A stretch of DNA of 40,516 nucleotides from Minisyncoccota bacterium (GCA_035546615.1 DASZWM010000001.1:1-40516); one strand, 5' to 3'; positions 8,266-16,764 are shown, counted from the first letter of the stretch. The notes: a model not told the origin generated them from the letters alone. Numbers and translations are program-made.

Positions 8266-9423
8266 TTAGAGGGCGTCTTCCGCGTCGTTCGCGTAGTCCT
8301 CCGCGTCCTGCGCATAGTCTATCGCGTCGTCATACTCCTCGTCATCGTACGAGTCCTCCGCGTCGTCGAGCTTGTCATACGCCTTGTCGAGCAGGTCGTT
8401 CGCTTCGTCTATATCGTCATTGTTATCCGCATCATCTATCGCGTCCTCCGCGTCATAAATAGCGTCCTTGGCGTCGTTGATGGCGTTCTTCGCGTCGGTC
8501 TTGTCGCCTGAGGAGGACGAGCTGCTGTCGAGCAGGTCAAGCGCGTCGTTGATGAGCGCGAGCGCCTTCTTGGCGTCCGCCTTGGCGCCGTCGTAGTCCT
8601 TGTCATCAAGCGCGTCGTACGCGTCGTCGATATAGTCCTCCGCGTCGTCGAGCTTGTCGCCGGCCTTGTTCGCGTTCTTGCTGGTCGAGTCGTCCACGGT
8701 ATCGCGCGCGTCGTCGAGCTTGTCGTTCACGTCGTCGACGTAGTCCTCCGCCTTGTCGTCATCCGTCTTGCCTCCCGCGTCCTCAAAGGCGTCCACCGCG
8801 TTGTCGTACGCGTTGTCCGCCGACTCCTTCGCGTCGTCAAAGTTATTGCGGAAGTACGAATCTATCGCGTCGAACAGGTCGTCGTTGGCGTCGCCGATCT
8901 CGCGGTCCGCATAGCCGGTGTCCTTGCCGTCGTCCTTCGCGTCATCTATCTGGTCCCGCGCGTCCTTTATCTGCTCTATCGCCTTTTTAATCGAGCTCTG
9001 CGCGTTAAGGGCGGCGGAACTGGTTGTGGGCGGCGGGTTCGGTATGACGACCGGCGGGTTCACTACCGGCGGAGGTACGGAAGAAACGGTCGTGAGATAC
9101 ACGTACTTGGCGCGCGATACCGCTCCGAAGTAGCCGGTCGCCGGATTTACGCCGTTGGCGGCCTGCCACGCCATGACGGCCGTCTGGGTGAGGCCCTTGA
9201 ACTCGGTCGTCTCGTGGCCCGGCGAACCCACGCCCGAAGCCGAGACGATGAATCCCGCGCCGTTGAGGTATTGCTGGAGGCAGCGCACATCCTCCCCCAC
9301 TGTGCCGACGGTCAGGTCGCGCGTGAAGCTGCAGAGTACAGCCGCCTGCGCATTGGTCGGGGCGAACGCCGCCAGGGCGGCGAAAGAAAGGACTGCACCG
9401 AGCATGAGCGAATATGATTTCAT
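8266..9423 (-). CDS. Secreted protein: peptidoglycan-binding domain (PG_binding_1-like), Pro-rich linker, then about 250 aa of Asp/Ala/Lys-rich low-complexity repeats
   Basis: Signal peptide ...AQA; CLQQYLNGAGF...GYFGAVSRAKY resembles PG_binding_1; C-terminus dominated by recurring DDA(K/E/R)D and (Y/I)DDA units. Confidence 0.7.
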   Translation of the reverse strand: MKSYSLMLGAVLSFAALAAFAPTNAQAAVLCSFTRDLTVGTVGEDVRCLQQYLNGAGFIVSASGVGSPGHETTEFKGLTQTAVMAWQAANGVNPATGYFGAVSRAKYVYLTTVSSVPPPVVNPPVVIPNPPPTTSSAALNAQSSIKKAIEQIKDARDQIDDAKDDGKDTGYADREIGDANDDLFDAIDSYFRNNFDDAKESADNAYDNAVDAFEDAGGKTDDDKAEDYVDDVNDKLDDARDTVDDSTSKNANKAGDKLDDAEDYIDDAYDALDDKDYDGAKADAKKALALINDALDLLDSSSSSSGDKTDAKNAINDAKDAIYDAEDAIDDADNNDDIDEANDLLDKAYDKLDDAEDSYDDEEYDDAIDYAQDAEDYANDAEDAL

Positions 9424-9557
9424 ATATTAGCGTTACGAAGTAAGGGTTCCTATACTATTCAGTATAGAGGGTGGGCTCATGATGAACAACAGCGCTCCTG
9501 TGGGCTTCCGCGACTCGATGACATTGTGCGACGCTCCTATATACTTGATATGACACT

Positions 9558-10469
9558 ATGGCTCAGAGCGAACTTAGCAAGCTTAAGACCGAATTCCTCG
9601 AGTATTTGGAGATAGAAAAAGGCCGCTCGGTGAAGACGGTCGAGAACTACGACCGCTATCTCAACCGCTTTCTCGCTTTTTCGAAGGTTTCCTCACCTTC
9701 CGGCATTACCGAGCGGGGCGTGCGCGAATTCCGCCTCCACCTCAACCGGCAGGACGGCACGTCGGGCACCATGAAGCACAAGACCCAGAACTACTACATG
9801 ATCAGTCTGCGCGCGTTCCTCAAGTTCCTGCGCAAGCGCGACATCGAGTCGCTCAATCCGGAAAAGATAGAGCTTGCCAAGGTGGGCGCCCGCGACCTCG
9901 ATCTCATCTCAAGCGACGAGCTCAACCGCCTCATCCAGGGCCCGAAGGGAGATTCTCTGACCGCCTTGCGCGACCGCGCCATCATGGAGCTCTTCTTTTC
10001 GACCGGCCTGCGCGTATCGGAGCTGGTCGGCCTCAATCGCGACCTTGACCTCTCGCGCGACGAGTTCTCCGTGCGCGGCAAGGGCGAGAAGGTCCGCGTG
10101 GTATTCCTCTCGCCCGCCGCGAAGAGGGCCATCAAGGCGTATCTGGACAAGCGCGGCGACATAGACGACGCGCTCTTCGTGCAGATGGGCAAAGCCTCAA
10201 AGAACGCCAAGCAGCTGCGCCTCACTCCCCGCTCTATAGAGCGCATGATAAAGCAGTACGCCACGAAGGCCGGCATTACGCGCAAAGTGACGCCGCACGT
10301 CATCCGCCACTCCTTTGCCACCGACCTGCTTGAGAGCGGCGCCGACATCCGTTCGGTGCAGGCATTGCTCGGCCACGCCAATATCGCGACGACGCAGGTC
10401 TACACGCACATTACCGACAAGCACCTGCGCGAGATACACAAAAAGTTCCACGGCCAGCGCAGGAAATAA
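9558..10469 (+). CDS. Tyrosine recombinase, XerC/XerD type
   Basis: C-terminal RHSFATDLLESGADIRSVQALLGHANIATTQVYTH catalytic region (R..HxxR..Y). Confidence 0.85.
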   Translation: MAQSELSKLKTEFLEYLEIEKGRSVKTVENYDRYLNRFLAFSKVSSPSGITERGVREFRLHLNRQDGTSGTMKHKTQNYYMISLRAFLKFLRKRDIESLNPEKIELAKVGARDLDLISSDELNRLIQGPKGDSLTALRDRAIMELFFSTGLRVSELVGLNRDLDLSRDEFSVRGKGEKVRVVFLSPAAKRAIKAYLDKRGDIDDALFVQMGKASKNAKQLRLTPRSIERMIKQYATKAGITRKVTPHVIRHSFATDLLESGADIRSVQALLGHANIATTQVYTHITDKHLREIHKKFHGQRRK

Positions 10470-10475
10470 AAAGAA

Positions 10476-10495
10476 ATCGGCCCCGTAGGGCCGAT
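10476..10495. terminator. Hairpin ATCGGCCC-CGTA-GGGCCGAT between convergent genes
   Basis: 8-bp perfect stem; T-tract on the minus-strand side and A-tract on the plus-strand side. Confidence 0.5.
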
Positions 10496-10511
10496 CGAGT
10501 AGTATGTACCT

Positions 10512-10979
10512 TTATCGCTCAGGCGTGAACGTTACATCCAGCTCTTCAGAAGATTCGTCCTTCAGCGGGGAGAGAATAGTCGCTTGGAAAAAACCGTTTT
10601 GAAAGACGGCGCCGAGCTCTGATCCTTCAGATATGCGCATGCCGTTCTTGCTGGCTGCTACATACAGGCAAAGAATGTAAAAGCTTCCGCAGAGCCCGAT
10701 TTTGATTTCTTGGGTCTTGATCCAGCCCTCCTTATCTTTTTCATCCTGAAGTCGGGCTTCTTGCTCTACGACTTCCTGAAGCTGTTGCGTTAGCTGCGAT
10801 ATTGCAACGAATGCCCTTCCGGCCTCAGTAATGTCATCAAGCGAGCTTCCAAGACTTATTCCCAACAGCCTGCTATTTTCCGTGGGCAGAGCTGCTTCTT
10901 TCGCACGTTCAACATCCGCCTGAGAAATGCTGTTCATGAGAAAGTGCATTTCGTCCCATTGAGGAGTCTTTGAGGTCAT
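10512..10979 (-). CDS. Hypothetical protein, about 155 aa (start at the internal Met, MTSKTPQW...)
   Basis: GGAGAC SD 6 nt upstream of the internal ATG; visibly lower GC than the flanking genes; no recognisable motif. Confidence 0.45.
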   Translation of the reverse strand: MTSKTPQWDEMHFLMNSISQADVERAKEAALPTENSRLLGISLGSSLDDITEAGRAFVAISQLTQQLQEVVEQEARLQDEKDKEGWIKTQEIKIGLCGSFYILCLYVAASKNGMRISEGSELGAVFQNGFFQATILSPLKDESSEELDVTFTPER

Positions 10980-11051
10980 CGGCGGGTCTCCTTTCCAAAG
11001 CGAATGTATCACTTATGCTTACATACGGCCACCCCATGCTAGGATAGGCGC

Positions 11052-11846
11052 ATGAAAATCATCTCCTGGAACGTCAACGGCATACGGGCGGTCCACAACA
11101 AGGGCCTTTTCGCTCCTTTTATAGCCAAGTACAAGCCGGATATCCTCTGTCTGCAGGAAACCAAAGCCGAGCAGGGCCAGGCGGAGGTGGATCTCTCCGG
11201 CTATGAGGAGTACTGGAACTCATCCCAGGGTAAGAAAGGCTACAGCGGCACCGCTATATTTACTAAAGAAAAGCCTCTTACAGTCGCACTTGGCCTGCCG
11301 GAACACATAACCGCCAAGTACAAGCTTGAAGACAAGTACGGCGACCCCAATAAGGAGGGCCGGGTCATTGCCGCCGAATTTAAGGATTTTTGGGTCGTTA
11401 CCGTCTATACCCCCAACGCCAAGCCCGACCTGTCCAGGCTGGCGCTCAGACACAAGCAGTGGGACCCCGCATTCCTTGCATATATAAAGGAGCTTGAGAA
11501 GGAAAAACCCGTTATTTTCTGCGGCGACCTCAATGTGGCGCACACGGAGGACGACCTGGCAAACCCTAAGGCGAACCGGGGCGAGCACGGTTTCACCGAC
11601 GAGGAGCGCGAGGGCATAGATGCCATCCTTAAGGCCGGGTATATAGACTCTTTCCGGCACTTTACTCCCCAGGGCAAGGGCTTTTACACCTGGTGGAGCC
11701 ATTGGTCTCATGCCCGGGCCCGCAACATCGGCTGGCGCATAGACTACCTCTTTATATCCAAAAAGCTGCTCCCCCGGCTCAAAAAGGCGGAAATCCTGCC
11801 CGAAGTCATGGGTTCCGACCACTGCCCTATTTCGATAGAGATGTAG
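11052..11846 (+). CDS. xth: Exodeoxyribonuclease III (AP endonuclease, Xth/APE1 family)
   Basis: MKIISWNVNGIRA...LCLQETK...SDHCPI EEP-family signature. Confidence 0.9.
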   Translation: MKIISWNVNGIRAVHNKGLFAPFIAKYKPDILCLQETKAEQGQAEVDLSGYEEYWNSSQGKKGYSGTAIFTKEKPLTVALGLPEHITAKYKLEDKYGDPNKEGRVIAAEFKDFWVVTVYTPNAKPDLSRLALRHKQWDPAFLAYIKELEKEKPVIFCGDLNVAHTEDDLANPKANRGEHGFTDEEREGIDAILKAGYIDSFRHFTPQGKGFYTWWSHWSHARARNIGWRIDYLFISKKLLPRLKKAEILPEVMGSDHCPISIEM

Positions 11847-12153
11847 CCTCTTGGATTGTTTCGGGTAATACAAAAGCCCGCAACACGGAGGCGTTACGGG
11901 CTTCGAACGGAATTTGGGTCGGCGTGTGAGCGGACTTGGAGCCTTGCGGCTCCCCAAATGCTACGTGTCGGTGAATCCACAAATTTTATCGAACGTTTGA
12001 GGGATTACCACACTTGCGTTTGTGACAATGAATCTAATCACACAACCCTAATTTCAGTTCAACGCTTGATCAGAGCGCGACAGACAGAACAAGTACTTTG
12101 TTCCGTCCCAGGGCATTAGACGGCCAAAGAATTTTATCTGCTGTTGATAGTAT

Positions 12154-12209
12154 GTCCTTTAAGAGACATCGTAAAGGACATTTCTGTGGATATCTTTTAA
12201 TTAAAGGAC
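12154..12209. repeat. TAAAGGAC motif cluster: an 8-bp inverted pair (GTCCTTTA..TAAAGGAC) plus a third direct copy
   Basis: Seen directly in the AT-rich stretch at the distal end of the convergent xth/cca intergenic region. Confidence 0.4.
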
Positions 12210-12225
12210 AAATACCAAACGAGCC

Positions 12226-13698
12226 TTAATCTACAAAGTGTTTTTGACGCAGCTTTTTAATCTCCGCCTCCTCCGCATCCTCCTTTTTCTCCTTCCCCTC
12301 CTCCCCTTTCACGCGCAGTTCGGTATCGGAAAGTTTTGAAAACGCCAGAAGCTTCTTCTCTAAATAGTCTTTCGTGTTGCGCTCCGGGTCGTCGAGCACT
12401 TCCTCCAAGAGCGCGTGCAGCATCCAGCCGATGCGCGGACCGGGCTTTTCGTGGGTAACTTCCATAACCGCCTTTCCGTCAACCTTAAGCATGCCGACCG
12501 ATATGGGGTCGCGCAGGGCCTGCTCTATCATCGAGTGGTACTTCCGCAGGCGGAAGGGCTGTTCCTTTGGCCTCCCCGTCCCTATCCGGTCGCATATGCG
12601 CAGTTCCACAAGCTGTTCAATATTCTCCCGCCCGACATTGGTGATTATCCGGCGCACTGCCGAAAGGGTAACCTTGTCCGGGTCGGAAAAGAACATGTGC
12701 CAGCGGACTAGCTTTTCTACCTTGTCGATGGTTTCACGTGCTACATGGAGGCCTTCCAGGGCCTTTTTGGTCATCCTCGCCCCTACTACTTCGTGGCCAT
12801 GGAAGGTCCAATCCCCTTTCTCTTCTGACCAGCGACGAGCCTTGGGCTTCCCTACGTCGTGAAACAGGGCCGCCAGGCGCACGTCCAGGCTCCAGCCCTT
12901 ATCGGCGGCATGCTGAAGCGCCCGTATATTGTGCTCGAATACATCGAAGCTATGCGCCTGGTTCTGCTCCACCCCTATCCCCTGCTCCAGATCCGGAGCT
13001 ATATATTTCAGGAGCCCCATTCCTTGAGCCAAAATAAGGGCCTTCATCGGCTTTTCCGACTGCAGTATCCGCATAAACTCGTCGCGAATGCGCTCTTTGG
13101 ATATCTTCCCCAGCTGGGCGGCATTCTTGGCCATGGCAACCCGCGTTGCTTCGTCTATGGCAAAGTCGAGTTCGGCGCTGATGCGGATAGCGCGCAGGAT
13201 GCGCAGCGCGTCTTCCTCAAAACGCTTGTCCGGCTCCCCCACTGCCCGGACTATTTTGTCCTTTATGTCCTTTACTCCCTCGAAAAGGTCAACAATCTCC
13301 TTTTTGGAAGGGCTATAAGCCAAGGCGTTTATCGTAAAATCGCGTCTTTTAAGGTCGTCTTCCAGTTTATGGCTAAAAATAACGCTATCCGGACGCCTAG
13401 CGTCGCTATACTTCCCTTCCAGGCGGTATGGGGTTGCCTCTATAACCTTTAAAGTGTCCGGCGCTCCTTCCGTAACTATGCCTACGGTGCCAAAATCGTT
13501 GGTATAGAAGGTGTTCTCGAACAAAGCCTGTATCTGCTCCGGATCGGCGTTGGTGGTAACGTCCCAATCCTTAGGCTCCCTGCCTAAAAGCAGGTCCCTG
13601 ATGCACCCTCCTACTATCCAAGCTTCAAAACCGCCCTTTTCAAGGGTTTCTATGACGCCCAGCACCTCAGGAGGCATTTGGTTCGGGCGCAATTGCAT
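12226..13698 (-). CDS. cca: CCA-adding enzyme (poly(A) polymerase-family nucleotidyltransferase with HD domain) and a Lys/Glu-rich C-terminal tail
   Basis: GGCIRDLLLGREPKDWDVTT head domain, HD motif (FHDVGK), tRNA-NT body. Confidence 0.85.
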   Translation of the reverse strand: MQLRPNQMPPEVLGVIETLEKGGFEAWIVGGCIRDLLLGREPKDWDVTTNADPEQIQALFENTFYTNDFGTVGIVTEGAPDTLKVIEATPYRLEGKYSDARRPDSVIFSHKLEDDLKRRDFTINALAYSPSKKEIVDLFEGVKDIKDKIVRAVGEPDKRFEEDALRILRAIRISAELDFAIDEATRVAMAKNAAQLGKISKERIRDEFMRILQSEKPMKALILAQGMGLLKYIAPDLEQGIGVEQNQAHSFDVFEHNIRALQHAADKGWSLDVRLAALFHDVGKPKARRWSEEKGDWTFHGHEVVGARMTKKALEGLHVARETIDKVEKLVRWHMFFSDPDKVTLSAVRRIITNVGRENIEQLVELRICDRIGTGRPKEQPFRLRKYHSMIEQALRDPISVGMLKVDGKAVMEVTHEKPGPRIGWMLHALLEEVLDDPERNTKDYLEKKLLAFSKLSDTELRVKGEEGKEKKEDAEEAEIKKLRQKHFVD

Positions 13699-13730
13699 GG
13701 CACAATTCTAGCACGCCCCCTAGGGCTTAT

Positions 13731-13803
13731 GCCCTCGTGGCTCAATGGATAGAGCGCCTGGCTTCGAACCAGGAGGTTCCAGGTTCAAGTCCTGGCGAGG
13801 GCA
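13731..13803 (+). tRNA. tRNA-Arg (anticodon TCG)
   Basis: Manual cloverleaf: acceptor GCCCTCG/CGAGGGC, anticodon arm CCTGG-CTTCGAA-CCAGG, T arm CCAGG-TTCAAGT-CCTGG. Confidence 0.8.
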
Positions 13804-13850
13804 CAAACTTGGAGTTTAAAAATTGGTGCGCTACTATAGTGTGTGTACAA

Positions 13851-13921
13851 GCGGTCATTGTTTAATGGTAGGACGCGTCCTTGCCAAGGACGAGGTGGGA
13901 GTTCGATTCTCCCTGACCGCA
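13851..13921 (+). tRNA. tRNA-Gly (anticodon GCC)
   Basis: Acceptor GCGGTCA/TGACCGC, anticodon arm CGTCC-TTGCCAA-GGACG, T arm GGGAG-TTCGATT-CTCCC. Confidence 0.8.
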
Positions 13922-14137
13922 CAGGATTTACGTTGTTCTAAAAGGAGAAGTTGGTCCGTTTTGAGGTAAAAGACAGGGTGTGGCCGTTTGGGGATATTGA
14001 AATGGCTTAAAATAAGGCTTTTTCAATAAGACCTGTGGATAAGACTGTGGAAATGTGCATAAAGGACGTCCTTTTTACCCTTTGCGGAAGTCTGATTTCC
14101 AAAAAACCAGCAAAATAGGGCTTAAAATGAGCTTTTT

Positions 14138-14155
14138 ACGTTTCATATGAAACGT
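14138..14155. promoter_or_regulatory. 18-bp perfect palindrome ACGTTTCATATGAAACGT, about 40 bp upstream of yraN
   Basis: Seen directly; lies in the AT-rich tRNA-Gly/yraN intergenic region; candidate operator. Confidence 0.35.
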
Positions 14156-14193
14156 TACACGTGAACCCTCGTCAGGATTCTGATGCATTAAAT

Positions 14194-14589
14194 ATGGCTA
14201 AAACTCACAAAAGAGCTATAGGAGATGCCGGCGAAGGTGTTGTTTGCCGGTATTTAGAAGGAAAAGGCTATCGGATTGTTGGTAGGAATTACTGGAAACC
14301 GTGGGGAGAGATAGACATCGTCGCTGAAAAAGGCGATTTGACCATATTTATAGAGGTTAAAACCGTTTCACGTGAAATGGACGGGGAGGGGATTTCACGC
14401 GAAACCTTCAGACCGGAGGAGAATATGCATCCGGATAAGGTAAAAAGGCTGCACCGGACTATACAAACCTACCTTTTAGAGAAAAAAGTCCCTGAAGCAA
14501 GGCCGTGGCGGCTAGACCTTGCCTGCGCCTATTTGGACTTTAAAACCCTTCAGGCGCGTGTTGAAATGTTGGAGAATGTGGTGTTGTAG
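14194..14589 (+). CDS. yraN: YraN/UPF0102-family endonuclease-like protein
   Basis: GEGVVCRYLEGKGYRIVGRNYWKPWGEIDIVAEKGDLTIFIEVKT matches the UPF0102 core; visibly lower GC than surrounding genes. Confidence 0.7.
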   Translation: MAKTHKRAIGDAGEGVVCRYLEGKGYRIVGRNYWKPWGEIDIVAEKGDLTIFIEVKTVSREMDGEGISRETFRPEENMHPDKVKRLHRTIQTYLLEKKVPEARPWRLDLACAYLDFKTLQARVEMLENVVL

Positions 14590-14658
14590 TGCTATCCTCA
14601 AATAATCCAGGCGAGGCAACGCACCGGTAGTACGATTGCGTGGGGTCAAATGCTGTGT

Positions 14659-14729
14659 CGGGGCGTCGTATATCGGTAGTACGCTTGCTTTGGGAGCAAG
14701 ATGGCCCAGTTCGATTCTGGGCGCCCCGA
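14659..14729 (+). tRNA. tRNA-Pro (anticodon TGG)
   Basis: Acceptor CGGGGCG/CGCCCCG, anticodon arm CTTGC-TTTGGGA-GCAAG, T arm CCCAG-TTCGATT-CTGGG; flanks extend the acceptor stem (CTGTGT/ACACAG). Confidence 0.8.
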
Positions 14730-14757
14730 CACAGTATTTGACCGTTAAAGACTTACA

Positions 14758-15630
14758 ATGGAACGCATACTTCTTACTACAAAGCCGCAAAAGGACTACG
14801 AGCTGCTCGACTCCGGCGGGGAAGAGAAGCTTGAACGGTACGGAAATGTCCTTTTGAGCCGGCCCGACCCGCAGGCGCTATGGCCCAAGCAGCTTCCTGA
14901 AGGGGAGTGGACGAAGGCGAATGCCCGCTATATCCGGGAAGGGAATACCGGCAAGTGGGTAGGGGAGTTGCCCAAAGAATGGCCTATAGAGCTCGGAAAT
15001 CTCAAATTCCTCATACGCCCGACGCCATTCAAACACACCGGCCTTTTTCCCGAGCAGATTTGCAATTGGGAGTGGGCAGGCGAGCTGATACGGGGCGCAG
15101 GAAGGCCTGTGTCGGCGTTAAACCTCTTTGGGTATACAGGAGGCGCTTCCCTTGCCGCGGCGGCCGCAGGCGCATCTGTAGTGCACGTAGACGCGTCTAA
15201 AACGGCCGTAGCGTGGGCGCGTGAGAATGCGGAACTCTCGGGCCTGGCTGACAAGCCTATACGATGGATAACGGAAGACGTGAAACTGTTCGTGGAGCGC
15301 GAGCTGAAGCGGGGGAATCGCTATGATCTGATATTGATGGACCCGCCCGCCTTCGGCCATGGGCCAAAAGACGAGTTGTGGAAGATTGAGGAGGACCTGC
15401 TGCCGCTTATAGAGGCTTGCACGCGGCTGTTGTCCGAAACGCCCGTAGGCATGCTGGTAAACGGCTATGCTGCCGGGTATTCGCCGCTGGCATTCGCGTA
15501 TAATCTGGAGCCTCTCGCGCAAAAAATGGGCGGCGCAACAGAATACGGCGACCTTACGATAGAAGAAAAGGGGAGCGGGCGGCTCCTACCGTGCGGCATT
15601 TTCGCGCGCTGGCGCGCAAAAAACCTTTAG
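14758..15630 (+). CDS. Class I SAM-dependent RNA methyltransferase, RlmI/RlmK-like
   Basis: LFGYTGGASL SAM-binding motif I and ILMDPPAFG motif IV; overall arrangement like 23S rRNA m5C methyltransferases. Confidence 0.65.
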   Translation: MERILLTTKPQKDYELLDSGGEEKLERYGNVLLSRPDPQALWPKQLPEGEWTKANARYIREGNTGKWVGELPKEWPIELGNLKFLIRPTPFKHTGLFPEQICNWEWAGELIRGAGRPVSALNLFGYTGGASLAAAAAGASVVHVDASKTAVAWARENAELSGLADKPIRWITEDVKLFVERELKRGNRYDLILMDPPAFGHGPKDELWKIEEDLLPLIEACTRLLSETPVGMLVNGYAAGYSPLAFAYNLEPLAQKMGGATEYGDLTIEEKGSGRLLPCGIFARWRAKNL

Positions 15631-16764
15631 TTACTGGGCTTTCAGGGCTTTTATAAGCGCTGCGCGCTCTTGCGCCGCCGCAGACGATTCAAAGTCTTTG
15701 GCTTCCTGCACGACATCTTTCGAAAGCAGCCCTTCGATACCGCCCTTGTCGTAGCTGAGAAGGCTGCGATTGATATGCGCGAGCGTTACGGCCCTGAGGT
15801 CGCGGCCTTCGGTCGTACCGGCGGTCGTGCTTGTCGTAATGATGCCCTGCAGGCGCCCGTCCTGCGTCCGAACCGCCGCTCCGCCTGAAGAGCCGCCTTG
15901 CGATACGACCGTGCCGCCTATCGAGACCAGGTCTACAGTGCGCTTCGTGAACGTGAAAAGTTCCTTAACCGCGGCGAAGGCCGAAGAAGGGTAAAGGTTC
16001 TGCCGGATGGACGTGCCGTCCAGGAAGCCGGCGGGATAGGCGGCCAAGAACATGTTCTGCCCGACCTTGGGCGCGTCTATGGTCATCGAAAGGGCAGGGA
16101 AGGAGGCGGGAAGCGAATCTTTCGCGCTGACCGTATCCGTCACGATAAGGAAAGCGTAATCGTTCTCGCCCGTGCCGCGGGCGTCCGTGAGCGTTATCTG
16201 CGGCGCATGGTCTTCTATCCAGGCGGGCGGCAAGTATAGGAGCCTGGCTTTGTATGCGGCAGCGGCGGGGCTTCCGGTGCGGAGCGTGCAGTCGACGTCG
16301 CCGCGGGTAGGGTAGTCGGAGAGCAGGAACATCTGCCCGACGTGGGCATTGGTAAGCACTATGCCGCGAGAGTCTACGAACACGCCGCTTCCGGATATGG
16401 GATGCACTTTATTGGTTTTTGTGAGGCACAGGATATTTACAAGCGCGGCGCGGGTTTTGTCGTTGAGCACGTCGGCGGAGAGTTCCGCGGCCGGCGGCTG
16501 CGCGGGAGTCGTTGATGCAGCCAGCGGTTTCGGCGCATTGGCGGAAACAGGAGCGGAAACAGGAATATATTCCTCCTGTTCGATCGGTATATCGTTCGGC
16601 ACAACCTGGAAGCGGGGCGGGGGAGGGGATACCGCGCCCGTTACGGGCGCGACCGATACGACCGTGTCGCTCGGAATGTAGGTATCCACGACGTTGCCGA
16701 CGAACATGGTCAGCGCTGCCCCCATGGCCACGAACGCCGACAGTAGCGTCGAGATTATTTCCAT
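15631..16764 (-). CDS. Membrane-anchored trypsin-like (S1) serine protease
   Basis: N-terminal TM helix; catalytic triad contexts TNAHV (His), DYAFL (Asp), GGSSGGA (Ser). Confidence 0.7.
   Translation of the reverse strand: MEIISTLLSAFVAMGAALTMFVGNVVDTYIPSDTVVSVAPVTGAVSPPPPRFQVVPNDIPIEQEEYIPVSAPVSANAPKPLAASTTPAQPPAAELSADVLNDKTRAALVNILCLTKTNKVHPISGSGVFVDSRGIVLTNAHVGQMFLLSDYPTRGDVDCTLRTGSPAAAAYKARLLYLPPAWIEDHAPQITLTDARGTGENDYAFLIVTDTVSAKDSLPASFPALSMTIDAPKVGQNMFLAAYPAGFLDGTSIRQNLYPSSAFAAVKELFTFTKRTVDLVSIGGTVVSQGGSSGGAAVRTQDGRLQGIITTSTTAGTTEGRDLRAVTLAHINRSLLSYDKGGIEGLLSKDVVQEAKDFESSAAAQERAALIKALKAQ

Noticed and set aside
8266-9423. CRISPR-like or satellite repeats in the Asp-rich gene and the Gly-rich gene (31549..32697)
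   Set aside because: The periodicity is at codon level inside continuous ORFs; there are no uniform-length spacers and no cas genes, so these are coding low-complexity repeats
9794-10451. Minus-strand ORFs overlapping the Xer-type recombinase gene
   Set aside because: Antisense frames of a well-supported CDS
9558-10469. Phage-type integrase marking a prophage or island
   Set aside because: The catalytic C-terminus matches chromosomal XerC/XerD closely and no phage structural or regulatory genes are nearby; the neighbouring low-GC orphan is noted separately
11847-12225. tmRNA or RNase P RNA in the long xth/cca intergenic region
   Set aside because: No tRNA-like acceptor/T-arm pair and no tag-peptide reading frame for tmRNA; no GGAAAGUCCGG-like P4 motifs for RNase P. 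It remains only an unassigned possible sRNA
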